A stretch of DNA of 64,000 nucleotides from an archaeon (GTDB lineage: Archaea > SpSt-1190 > DYHY01). The notes under the pieces were generated by a model. It saw nothing but the letters and a program-made list of their open reading frames with translations, made no database searches and was not told where the DNA came from. A program made the position numbers and the translations under genes. Within the stretch, counting starts at the first letter, position 1. The number at the start of each line of letters is the position of its first letter. Shown here in pieces: positions 10,099 to 20,080 of the stretch. The stretch is from contig JAZDJS010000048.1 of the NCBI GenBank assembly GCA_043803745.1, positions 1-64,000 on the forward strand, in the 5' to 3' direction.

Positions 10099-13000
10099 AT
10101 GGGGAAGTTTAGCAAGATTTTAGGACTAGTTGTAGTTTTGTCTGTTTTCGCAGCGTTTGCAGTCGGAGTCGGATTTTCGGTAACGGAGCTGAAATATGAC
10201 GACGGGACAATAGGTTATAGTGGGACTTGGCTTGATTCCGATGGCCAATACGTTGTCAAGTTCGCGCCCGCGCACAAGGGGGAAATAACCTGGCTAGGGG
10301 CATATGTTTCAAAGGACGGCTCGGACGACGAATGGTGGGCTGGACTTTTGAATTCCGACTATTCAACACTTTCCCCATATGTACTGAATTACATTTCGGG
10401 CTCAAGCGCCTGGAGATATGCAAGCTTCTCAACAGTCGTTTCCTCCCCATTCTATGCGGCAGTGAAACTCCAGGGATCTGATGACGCCCGCCTAGGAAAG
10501 GACGGTTCTTCAACTTCAGGCTATAGCGAAGCCAACACAGGTTCCGGCTGGTCAGCGGTCTCAGGGAACCACATGATCCGCGCATATATCGACTATTTCC
10601 CCGAAGCTTCAAGCATTTCCTTCTCGGAAAACCCGACTTCTGCAAGTTCAGTTACCGTTTATGCGACTTGCACCGAATACGATTCCGACGACGATGTTGA
10701 CCACGCCCAAGTCCGGGTTGACGGCGGCTCCTGGGACTGGATGTCCGCTTCCGACGGGAGCTTTAATGAGAACTCCGAGAACGCATACAAAACAATTTCG
10801 ATTTCAGGTCTTTCTGATGGCGACCACACTGTCGAGGTCCGCTGCGAAGACGAGAACAGCAACTGGGGCGACCCGGTTTCGGCAACCCTGACAAAGGGGA
10901 CTTCAGACACGACCGCTCCGGTGACAACCGATGATGTTCCTTCCGGATGGAAGAACACGGATGTCACGGTGACTTTCACCTGCACAGATTCGGGCTCTGG
11001 CTGCGACAAGGTCTATTACACAACTGACGGGAGCGAACCTGATTCCGGCTCCTCCTATGTCGATTCAGCCTCAAGCTGGCAGTTCACAATGTCCTCAGAA
11101 GGGCAATACACAATCAAATACAGGGGAGTTGACGTTGCAGGGAACTGGGAAACGACGAAGACTGCAGCAAACCTCCTTAGCATTGACAAGACCGCTCCGG
11201 GAATTTCCGGGGCTGCGACAGAAGGCCCTAACGGATTGAATGGCTGGTATGTCTCGGACGTCACGGTAAGATTCGACTGCACAGACGACCTTTCCGGTCC
11301 GGTTGAATCCTTCTTTGACATTTTCATGACAACTGACGGAGCTGGCCAGTCGGCTTCCGGAACCTGCTACGACCTTGCGGGGAATTCCGCAGGAACGACT
11401 GTCTCGAACATTGACATTGACAAGACAGTTCCAAGCATTTCCGGGACAGTCAGCCCCTCGCCAAACGGGGATGGCTGGAACAAGGAGGACGCTACAGTCC
11501 ATTTCGACTGTTCCGACGCAACTTCCGGAATCTCCTCTTGCACATCAGACGTTCTCGTTACGACTGAAGGAGAAACTCTCGTTACCGGGACTGCAATTGA
11601 CAATGCGGGCAACTCCGCGACAGCCGACATAACGGTAAAACTTGACAAAACGGATCCGGTCACGGAAAGCTCATTTAACCCGGCAGCCCCAAACGGGCTT
11701 AACGGCTGGTATGTTACCGAACCGGAAATAACCCTGACTTTCACAGACGCAGACCCGTCCTCAGGGAAAAAATGGACGAAATACAAGGTCAATGGCGGAG
11801 ATGCTGAGACATATTCGGCTCCGTTCGCGCTTCCCGAAGGAATCCACGAACTGAAATTCCACTCAAAGGACAGGGCGGACAACACTGAGGGCTGGAACAC
11901 AATCTCGAACATAAAGGTCGACACGACTGCTCCCGAAGCGCCCGAATTCTCGGGAACTTCCCCATACTATGACGGAGACGGGGACTTTTACGTTTCCTGG
12001 AGCTCTTCGAGCGATGCGACATCGGGAATAAGGGGCTATGCCCTATACCGGTCGCTTAACGAAGGGTCGTTCGTCCTCATGGGAGTTTTCCTCGACACAA
12101 CCTACCACGAGCAAAGCCCCGGAATCGATTCAAGATACGGCTACAAGGTTTCCGCAATTGACAATGCGGGGAACGAAGGGGCTCAGAGCGAAGAGAAGGT
12201 TGTCGTAGTCGACAGGATGGACCCGACAGCGCCGCTTATGCACGACCTTCCGCCATATATCGGCGAAACAGAGGTTACTGCCTCCTGGGACCATGCGGCT
12301 GACACCGGCGTCTATCCTTCCGGAATATCGACATATGATGTCTATGTGAATAGCGCACTTGACGGCAGCACAACATATCCGGACAACGACTATTACAAGG
12401 ACTCGCTTGCGAACGAGCAGACCTACCTTTTCAAGACGAATGCCTGGGACAAATCAGACCCTGCAAACGAGGGTCCGATGTCAAACGAGGTCGGGACAAC
12501 TGTCGACCTGACTGACCCGGTCACAACCGCGATTTTCAACCCGGAGACTCCGAACGGGAACAACGGCTGGTATATCTCAAGACCGTCGATAACTCTTTCG
12601 GCAGTTGATTCGGGCTCGGGCGTCTACAAGACATATTATTGCTTCGACCAGATTGCTTCTGGAACCAGTTCCCTTGATGTTGAGACTGAGGAGACTGAGG
12701 AGACTGGGGACAACGAGACTGTTGAAGGCGACCGCTGGCATCCGACAACAACAACGACTGTCGCACCAACACCATGCACGCCATCCGCCGAATACACAGG
12801 ACCCTTCCAGATAGACACGGAAGGGACCAACTATGTCAGGTTCTATTCGGTTGACAACGTCGGGAATGTGGAAACGGTCAATGAAGTCTCATTCAAGCAG
12901 GACCTTAACGAGCCGACGAACCAGTGGTTTTTCCTCAATGGAGGCAATTACTATTCGGACGACTCTGACGTTGGAGCGTGGTATGATTCCGGGAAGGATA

Positions 13001-14952
13001 CAAGCAAAGGCAGCGGACTTGACTATTGCGTAATTGACTGGGGAGACGATTCCCAGACAACTGTCTCGAAATCAAGCAACCACGTGCACCACACATATGC
13101 CGACGGCGAATATACCGCAAGCTATGTCTGCTATGACAATGCGGGGCACTCGAGCGAGCCTGAAACCGACGAGATTTTCGTTGACACGGTAGACCCGGCA
13201 ACATCAGCTGCGCTCAATCCGGCGGAGCCGGACGGGGACAACGGCTGGTATGTTTCTGAGGTTGAAGTCGCTCTGACTGCAACAGACCCGGAGCCAGCAT
13301 CGGGAATATACCGGACCTATTACTGCGTTGACCAGATTCCAGATGGGAGCGGCGACGACGCAATTGAAGGAACTGAAGTTGACGGCGACTGGGGATGGCA
13401 TCCTCCAAGGCCTTGCACTCCGAACACAAGATATACGCATCCGTTCGACGTCTCTGATGACGGGACGAACTATGTGCGGTTCTATTCCGTTGACAAGGCT
13501 GGAAACGAGGAAGAAACCCAGACAATCTCTTTCAAGCAGGACGAGACAAACCCGGAAACCGACCACTCGGTTTCCCCAAGGAACCCTGACGGGGACAACG
13601 AATGGTATGTCTCGGAAGTTGACGTGACTCTTGACGCTGACGATGACACATCCGGCGTCTACCAGACACTCTACTGCGTGAAGCAAAGCCTTGCCTGCGA
13701 AGAAGAGGAAGAAGGGGATGGCGAACCGGAACCAACTTGGTGGCATCCCCCTGCGCCGGAAGAGCCTGAATGCGAACCGGACACTCTCTATGACGGGACT
13801 TTCACAGTGCTTCTAGAAGGGAAGACCTCAGTAACCTACATGTCAATTGACAATGCGGGAAACGAGGAGGAAATGCACACCTTCTCGTTCAAGCAGGACT
13901 GGACCGACCCGACAACGACAGCGACAACCGACCCGTCCGAACCGAACGGGAACAACAGCTGGTTCAACTCAACAGTTCAGTTCAACCTTACCGCTGTTGA
14001 CGGGCGTGCTGAAACGCCTTCCGAACCGGAAGGGGAAACAATCGAATCCGGCTGCTTCTGGTGGTGGTGGCAGCATCCGCCTGCGGATGGAGAAGTTCCA
14101 TGCACCTCTGGAGTCCACAGAACGTACTATTGCATTGACTATGGCGCGGAAACTGGGGTTGTCGGCTGCTCAGCCGAATCCGAGGATTGCGGGGCATGCT
14201 ACCCGAGGACAAGATACACGGAGCCTCTGAACCTGACCTATGAGGGACTGCAAACAATCCGGTTCTTCTCGGTTGACAAGGCCGGTAACCGCGAGGGAAT
14301 CCAGGAACAGGGAATCTGGATTGACACGGTTGCCCCGGAAAGCACAATAACTGCTCCGGCGAACATGTCGAACTATTCGGCAATCGGGACCCTTGTAATC
14401 AGGGGGAACAGCTCGGACGAGACAAGCGAAATCTTCGCAGTCGAAGTTGTTGTCAAGAACGCGGGAGGCTATGCGCTGATGAACTGGACCGCTTCCGAAA
14501 TTAACGCGACAGGGGACTGGAATTTCACCTGGACGCCTGGCGGATACGGGACCTACTACATAAGCTCGAGGGCAATCGATGCTGCGGGTAACTTTGAAAC
14601 GGAGCCGGAAGAGATTGTTGTCTACTTCCCGGAGCCGCCTCTCAAGGTGCAAACCTATGGCGGGTTCTACGTAAGGACCTGTGGCAACGGGGTCTGCAAC
14701 GCGAACATCGGCGAGAACGAACGGACCTGTCCGGAAGACTGCAAGGCTCCTGAAGAGGAAGAGCCTCTTGAGAACGCCGAAGAGCTAGTCAACCAAGTGA
14801 CGACAACGACGGTCCAGCCGACGACAACGACGACGGTCCAACCCCAGCAAGGGACGCTTAACCCGAGACCGGGAATGCTCCCAACAGGACGGTTCGTCCT
14901 TTTCGACCTGGCGGACCAGTTCTGGCAGTGGCTGTCTGGTTTGATGCAGTAA
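10099..14952 (+). CDS. large cell-surface protein with tandem Ig-like/Fn3/PKD repeats
   Basis: Signal peptide; many D..AP.T...PNG.NGWY...V.L.A.D..SG...YSVD.AGN.E repeats; IDWGD PKD motif; Thr-rich tail. Confidence 0.88.
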   Translation: MGKFSKILGLVVVLSVFAAFAVGVGFSVTELKYDDGTIGYSGTWLDSDGQYVVKFAPAHKGEITWLGAYVSKDGSDDEWWAGLLNSDYSTLSPYVLNYISGSSAWRYASFSTVVSSPFYAAVKLQGSDDARLGKDGSSTSGYSEANTGSGWSAVSGNHMIRAYIDYFPEASSISFSENPTSASSVTVYATCTEYDSDDDVDHAQVRVDGGSWDWMSASDGSFNENSENAYKTISISGLSDGDHTVEVRCEDENSNWGDPVSATLTKGTSDTTAPVTTDDVPSGWKNTDVTVTFTCTDSGSGCDKVYYTTDGSEPDSGSSYVDSASSWQFTMSSEGQYTIKYRGVDVAGNWETTKTAANLLSIDKTAPGISGAATEGPNGLNGWYVSDVTVRFDCTDDLSGPVESFFDIFMTTDGAGQSASGTCYDLAGNSAGTTVSNIDIDKTVPSISGTVSPSPNGDGWNKEDATVHFDCSDATSGISSCTSDVLVTTEGETLVTGTAIDNAGNSATADITVKLDKTDPVTESSFNPAAPNGLNGWYVTEPEITLTFTDADPSSGKKWTKYKVNGGDAETYSAPFALPEGIHELKFHSKDRADNTEGWNTISNIKVDTTAPEAPEFSGTSPYYDGDGDFYVSWSSSSDATSGIRGYALYRSLNEGSFVLMGVFLDTTYHEQSPGIDSRYGYKVSAIDNAGNEGAQSEEKVVVVDRMDPTAPLMHDLPPYIGETEVTASWDHAADTGVYPSGISTYDVYVNSALDGSTTYPDNDYYKDSLANEQTYLFKTNAWDKSDPANEGPMSNEVGTTVDLTDPVTTAIFNPETPNGNNGWYISRPSITLSAVDSGSGVYKTYYCFDQIASGTSSLDVETEETEETGDNETVEGDRWHPTTTTTVAPTPCTPSAEYTGPFQIDTEGTNYVRFYSVDNVGNVETVNEVSFKQDLNEPTNQWFFLNGGNYYSDDSDVGAWYDSGKDTSKGSGLDYCVIDWGDDSQTTVSKSSNHVHHTYADGEYTASYVCYDNAGHSSEPETDEIFVDTVDPATSAALNPAEPDGDNGWYVSEVEVALTATDPEPASGIYRTYYCVDQIPDGSGDDAIEGTEVDGDWGWHPPRPCTPNTRYTHPFDVSDDGTNYVRFYSVDKAGNEEETQTISFKQDETNPETDHSVSPRNPDGDNEWYVSEVDVTLDADDDTSGVYQTLYCVKQSLACEEEEEGDGEPEPTWWHPPAPEEPECEPDTLYDGTFTVLLEGKTSVTYMSIDNAGNEEEMHTFSFKQDWTDPTTTATTDPSEPNGNNSWFNSTVQFNLTAVDGRAETPSEPEGETIESGCFWWWWQHPPADGEVPCTSGVHRTYYCIDYGAETGVVGCSAESEDCGACYPRTRYTEPLNLTYEGLQTIRFFSVDKAGNREGIQEQGIWIDTVAPESTITAPANMSNYSAIGTLVIRGNSSDETSEIFAVEVVVKNAGGYALMNWTASEINATGDWNFTWTPGGYGTYYISSRAIDAAGNFETEPEEIVVYFPEPPLKVQTYGGFYVRTCGNGVCNANIGENERTCPEDCKAPEEEEPLENAEELVNQVTTTTVQPTTTTTVQPQQGTLNPRPGMLPTGRFVLFDLADQFWQWLSGLMQ

Positions 14953-14970
14953 GGTAGGCAAGGAGAAAGA

Positions 14971-15006
14971 GTCCCCAAGAGGGGACCTTTTTCTTTTTTA
15001 TTTTTT
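14971..15006 (+). terminator. hairpin plus T-tract terminator
   Basis: GTCCCC-AAGA-GGGGAC followed by a long T run. Confidence 0.65.
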
Positions 15007-15052
15007 ATCGGACCAGCCAAAGCAATAAAAGCGGGACGTTATTGTTCCAGAA

Positions 15053-15985
15053 ATGAAAGTCTATTTCCTTTCTCCGAACAGGAAGCAGCTGATTTTTCCG
15101 GAGGCGGAAGCAAGGCTTGCCGGGCTGGACGTGCATTTTGAGGAGAAGAAGAAGAAACCCCTGGAGAAAGTCAAGGGGCTCCTTTCGCCCGGGGAGAAGA
15201 TTCTCGCGCTCGACCCGGACTTTTGCTCCTGGAACTTCCCGAAACGGGAGCTGGAAAAAATCCCGGACCTGAAAGCAATCTGCCTCCAGACGACCTCGTT
15301 CTCCTGGGTTGATTGTTCCGCTGCGAAGGAACGGGGAACCCCGGTGATCAACGTCAGGAACTATTCGACCGATTCGGTTGCGGAATGGGCGGTCCTGATG
15401 GCTTTGATGGTCGGACGGAAAATCCCGCTCGTTCTCAAGGACAAACTGAAGAGGAATATTGCTCGCCACAAAGGCTTCGGGACCGATGGGAAGGTTGCGG
15501 GAATAATCGGCTTAGGTCATATTGGGAAAAGGATCGCTGAGCTCTGCCTCGGACTTGGAATGGATGTGATCTATTGGTCAAGGGCTTCGCGGGACAGCCG
15601 TTTCCGGCTCGCCGGCGGACTTGCAGAGATTTTTGAGACTGCAGATTTCATTTTCCCCGCCCTTGCCAAGAATGAGGAGAGTGCGAAACTGATAACAGAC
15701 GACTTTCTGAAAAGGATGAAAGGGACGGCGATTTTCACAAGCATTGTCCACGCGGTTTACAACGAGAAGCTGCTTTTGAGGCTTGCCGAAGCGGGAAAAA
15801 TAGGCGGCTATGCTTTCGAGTTCGAGCCGGGCGAGGAGAAGAAATTCTCAAAGCTTTCCGGGAACATACTTGCGCTCCCGGGGCTTGCCTGGGCAACAGA
15901 CAGTTCGTTCAGGCGGAACGGAGAGATTTGGGTGGAGAACATCCTGAAAGCGGCAAAAGGGGATTTTTCCGGACGGATTAACTGA
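15053..15985 (+). CDS. D-2-hydroxyacid dehydrogenase family NAD(P)-dependent oxidoreductase
   Basis: GIIGLGHIG Rossmann motif; NVRNYSTDSVAE; MKGTAIF. Confidence 0.85.
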   Translation: MKVYFLSPNRKQLIFPEAEARLAGLDVHFEEKKKKPLEKVKGLLSPGEKILALDPDFCSWNFPKRELEKIPDLKAICLQTTSFSWVDCSAAKERGTPVINVRNYSTDSVAEWAVLMALMVGRKIPLVLKDKLKRNIARHKGFGTDGKVAGIIGLGHIGKRIAELCLGLGMDVIYWSRASRDSRFRLAGGLAEIFETADFIFPALAKNEESAKLITDDFLKRMKGTAIFTSIVHAVYNEKLLLRLAEAGKIGGYAFEFEPGEEKKFSKLSGNILALPGLAWATDSSFRRNGEIWVENILKAAKGDFSGRIN

Positions 15986-17190
15986 ATTTTCTTTTTCCCC
16001 TGTCCGTGCTGCGGCACCGAGGGTCTGAGGACCAAACGGTTTTTTCCGAAGGAAAAAGGAGTTCAAGAAGTCAAGAAGTTTCAGAACGGCACTGTCGAGC
16101 CATCAGGCGAAGATAGTGCGCTTTCCCCGAGGGCTTTTGCAAAGGGCTCGAGAATGGCGCCAAGACAGTCAAGAAAAAGGGTTTCCGGAAGCGCGCAAGC
16201 GACCTGATAAAAATGGCGTTTCCCGTGAACGGACTTTTTCCAGAGGAAAAAAGGGGTTCTGGAATGGCGTAAGCCCATCATTGGCCGACATTTCCCTTTT
16301 CAGGGTTCGTCCGTTTCTTCTAGGACACCTCAGGGCCTTTTTGTGTTTGCTTGCTTGTTTGCTGCTCTTTGTTTTTTCCCGGGCCAGCGACAAATCCGGA
16401 CCGGGGTCTCGTTTGTGGAGCGACGAACCTGCCCTTATACGCCTTGGGGCGAGTCCATCTCTCGTTTCTTCGTTCTCTCTATTCTCCGAAGGTCACCGGG
16501 TCCGGATCGTGACCGGACGCTTTCCCTGTTTCGGGGAGTGTGCCCTGCAGATTTTTTCTGTGGGTTCTGTCTGTTGGACAGGGGTGAGAAAGTTGCTGAG
16601 CTAACAGCAACCTCCGTTTCTGTTCCTTCTGCGGCTACTAGAACTGGCTAGTTGTTGAGATCCAGTTCCACGCATTCTCTCTTTTTTGACAGGACTAGGA
16701 GTTGCGGAGCGATGAATGTGATTTAGGCAGGTAAGCGGTGATGAACTGCCGCGTCCCCTCAGGGCGCTATAATGGGTTTTATGGGGGTGGCTTTCTGGAA
16801 GAACAAAGCCCCCAAGGGGACGGCTGGCTGTCGGAAACCGGCTTACAGGGCTCAGACAATTCTTCCCGCAGCCGCAGCCTATGAGGGCTGCGGCCGTAAT
16901 TGGGGTTTTTGGGGTTTGGCTGGTGAGAAGTTGCATGGAAGAAAAGCCCTCGGAAACCCTTAAGGTAAGCCGGTTTGACTGGGAATTTGTCATTTGATTA
17001 TTTTTCTTTCCTTAGTTTTCTTTTCTGATTCTTTTTTGGTTGTTTGAAGAGTGGGGTGACGGAAGGGCCGGCGCCTGCCGGCCAATCCGCTCTTTTTTTT
17101 CCCGCTCTCGTGTTTCTCTTCGTTCTTTTGCTCTTGCCGCGTGTCTGGTTTGCGTTTTGCTGCGGCTTCTTCTTGTCTTTGTTCGTCTGT
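15986..17190. ncRNA. candidate structured non-coding region (unassigned)
   Basis: 1.2 kb between convergent genes with no credible ORF; at least 10 stems, including a perfect 12-bp long-range pair at 16835-16846/16965-16976. Confidence 0.3.
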
Positions 17191-18258
17191 TTAGGCAAGC
17201 ACAGGTATTCCAAGGCTGTTTGCTGTCTGCTTCGTCCTCACTGAAGTTTCCCTTGGATTCACTGCGCCGAGGATGTGAGGCGACTTTACTCCGGTAATTA
17301 TCGTCATTACGCGGATTGAGCCTTCCAGTGCCGGGTCGATTCTCGCTCCCCAGATTACTGATGCGCCCGCATCCATGTCCTTCGCTACAAGGTCTCCGAT
17401 CGTGTTGACCTCGTCCAGCGTCATGTCCGGTCCTCCGACAACATGCACCATTGCGCCGGTTGCGCCCTTGTAGTCAACATCGAGCAACGGGTTCGAAAGC
17501 GCCTTCCGGACAGCTTCCTCAGCGCGGTTCTCGCTTGTCGATTCCCCGACTCCGATTACCGCAACCCCGCCGTTTGACATTACTGCCTTGACGTCCGCAT
17601 AGTCTAGGTTGACAAGGCTTGGAACTGCAATCGTCTCGACAATCCCCTTGATCATTGTTGCAATCAATTCGTCTGCAACAGCGAATGCCTGGGCAATTGG
17701 GAGCTTTCCTGCAACCTCGACGAGCCTGTTGTTGTCAATCACGATTACGGTGTCCGTCGTCTGCCTGAGCTCATAGAGTCCCGCTTCAGCCTTGAAAATC
17801 CGCGCCTTTTCCATTTTGAAAGGCATCGTCACAACGCCGATTACAATCGAGCCCTGTTCCTTCGCAAGCTGCGCAACGACTGGCGCGCTACCGGTTCCGG
17901 TTCCTCCGCCCATTCCAGCAGTCACAAAGACCAGGTCACAGTTTCTGAGAGAATCCTTTATTTCGTTCCTCGCTTCCTCAGCTGCCGCCCTTCCGACTTC
18001 TGGATATCCGCCAGCCCCAAGGCCTTTTGTAAGGTCGCGTCCGATCAAGATCTTCTTGTCAGCTTCCCTTGCATCAAGGTGTAGCTTGTCTGTGTTGAGA
18101 GCTACAACCGTCGCGCCCTGTATCCCAAGCCTGTAAAGCCTGTCTGCAGTGTTGTTTCCGGCTCCTCCACAGCCGACTACCACTATCCTGGCTTGGCCGA
18201 CTTCAAAGTCTGCCCCAGGTCTTGCCGCGTTTGCCGCACTTTGTAGGACGTAGTCCAT
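17191..18258 (-). CDS. ftsZ: cell division protein FtsZ (FtsZ2-like)
   Basis: GCGGAGNN, GLGAGG, GMGGGTGTG and NLDYADV motifs; GGTGA RBS upstream. Confidence 0.97.
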   Translation of the reverse strand: MDYVLQSAANAARPGADFEVGQARIVVVGCGGAGNNTADRLYRLGIQGATVVALNTDKLHLDAREADKKILIGRDLTKGLGAGGYPEVGRAAAEEARNEIKDSLRNCDLVFVTAGMGGGTGTGSAPVVAQLAKEQGSIVIGVVTMPFKMEKARIFKAEAGLYELRQTTDTVIVIDNNRLVEVAGKLPIAQAFAVADELIATMIKGIVETIAVPSLVNLDYADVKAVMSNGGVAVIGVGESTSENRAEEAVRKALSNPLLDVDYKGATGAMVHVVGGPDMTLDEVNTIGDLVAKDMDAGASVIWGARIDPALEGSIRVMTIITGVKSPHILGAVNPRETSVRTKQTANSLGIPVLA

Positions 18259-18717
18259 TTTCTTTTTTCACCCCGGTCATTTCTTTCTTTGACACTTTCC
18301 CGGTCCATTTCCCGGACGTTTGCCCGAGGATTGCATCGGAGTGCCGAAATGACTATATACCTTGGATAGCGTTAGCTACCCCAAGAAGTTCGAAAACAAT
18401 TGAACCTTACCAGTTCAAGAAAATAGAATTTCAACTACCAAACTAGAAAAGACGGAAAGGACCTGTCCGAAACGCTTACCAGGCGTCCGGGCAAATGCCA
18501 AGAAACCGTTACCAGCGGCTCTTGCGCGTTGCGAATCCTACTTCTCTTTCCGCCGTTTTGATATATATCCCTAGTTGCACTCTGAATACTGCTATCAAAT
18601 CAGTGTAGCCAAGAGCAATAATTGAAGTTTGGCGTTCTAGGCGCTGAATCCCCGGAATTCTTGAATTGACCCTTTGCGGATAGTCACTTTTTTGAGTAGT
18701 ATTTATACCTGAAAGAG

Positions 18718-19539
18718 TCAGGCAATTTTCTTCAGCCGGATGTATTCCTCTCCGGCAGCAGTTTCAATTGGTTCAGCCTCGAAAGAATATCTCGGTCCCT
18801 GCCAAACTCCGTCCTTCGGATGGATTTTTTCCGGAGAAAAATTGCAGTTTTGCGTGCGGCAACGGAGTATGCGATCGTAAGTTGAGATTTTGGCGCTCAA
18901 TTTGGTTACCTCCGCAGGATTGCTCGAGTCAATTAGCAGTAACCCTCCCGGAACAAGCACTTTGTCAAATGCGGCAAGCTGCCTGTCGAGAAGCGATTCA
19001 AGTTGATATGCCGCGTGCCAGGTTGCGCCAAGCCGGTCGTACACCAAATGCGCGGAGGAAGCTTCAAGAGGAGGCTTGAGTGCATTTGCAGCAACAAGGA
19101 CCGGCTGTTTTCCGCATCCAGTAAGCTCGTGGAGACTCTTTGTTTCGAGCGGCCGTTCAAGGACTGGATAGCCCGGCGGAGGATTCCCGTCCAGACTGGA
19201 TTGGTCGTAGAAATATTGCCAGCCGAGCTTCTCGCCCGCAGCCCTCACCAGCTCGCTGACAAGGTCTCCGCCAACAACAAGGGCGGGCTTGCCCCTCTCG
19301 GAAAGCTCCCTGTGAAAAACTTCGGTTGAATGCTGCATGTTGCCCGAGGGAATCCAGCAAACTGGCGTTTCTCCGGCTGTCGAACCCAGCAGAGCAAGTT
19401 CGGCAACTGCGAATTCCGCTGCTGCGGAAAAGAGGGGCTCTGAAATCTCCCTGAGTTCCGCGTCCCAGTCTACATCCTCGCCGCCAGGCAGGTACATTTT
19501 CCTGATTCTTGAAGCAAGCGTTCTGCCGAGAAAATCCAT
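18718..19539 (-). CDS. putative class I SAM-dependent methyltransferase-like protein
   Basis: Degenerate motif I (WIPSGN), VVGGD, ANALKPPLEASSAHLV, VLVPGGLLLI. Confidence 0.5.
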   Translation of the reverse strand: MDFLGRTLASRIRKMYLPGGEDVDWDAELREISEPLFSAAAEFAVAELALLGSTAGETPVCWIPSGNMQHSTEVFHRELSERGKPALVVGGDLVSELVRAAGEKLGWQYFYDQSSLDGNPPPGYPVLERPLETKSLHELTGCGKQPVLVAANALKPPLEASSAHLVYDRLGATWHAAYQLESLLDRQLAAFDKVLVPGGLLLIDSSNPAEVTKLSAKISTYDRILRCRTQNCNFSPEKIHPKDGVWQGPRYSFEAEPIETAAGEEYIRLKKIA

Positions 19540-19626
19540 TGTTTAAACTGGCAACTGCTACTTTATAATAGTTACTCACTCGAAAGTGAAAAGAAAACCT
19601 TAAAAATTCCAGATGAGACTAATCAT

Positions 19627-20034
19627 ATGGGCGACCGTTATACAGTAGAGGATTTTGACAGGTATTTGCGAACTGCCGCAACGGAAATTGTGAATAGACA
19701 TTATCAGGCGACGGCCCAGGCGGCGGCAGATGCAATCGGGATTGCGGCAGACGTTTCTCTCAGTCCAGAAGAATCTGGAAAATATTCCGGCGTTCCCGAG
19801 GAACTCCTCGCGATTTCCAAGGCCCTTTTCGACCTCACTGCAAACAGCTCGGCTTTGCTTAAAAGGGATTCCAACCCGGCTAAACTGAAGACTCTTGCAG
19901 TAAGCAGACTTGAACGCGCTGATTTCGGGAAAATCGGAGCGGTCTTGGGTCCGGACCTAGCGGGCTGCCTTGAGGGAATCGTGGAAGAAAAAACCAACGA
20001 ATACCATCGCGCCGAGTGGATCAATGTGGACTAA
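19627..20034 (+). CDS. hypothetical protein
   Basis: 135-aa helical ORF with ATG start and CTTAAAAA box upstream. Confidence 0.6.
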   Translation: MGDRYTVEDFDRYLRTAATEIVNRHYQATAQAAADAIGIAADVSLSPEESGKYSGVPEELLAISKALFDLTANSSALLKRDSNPAKLKTLAVSRLERADFGKIGAVLGPDLAGCLEGIVEEKTNEYHRAEWINVD

Positions 20035-20080
20035 TTCATTTTGAAAAATATATAAGTCCCGAACGCACCGGAACTTCCGG

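Noticed and set aside
16081-17297. Short track ORFs in the region between the dehydrogenase and ftsZ
   Set aside because: Low-complexity translations, mostly non-ATG starts, no RBS or motifs.
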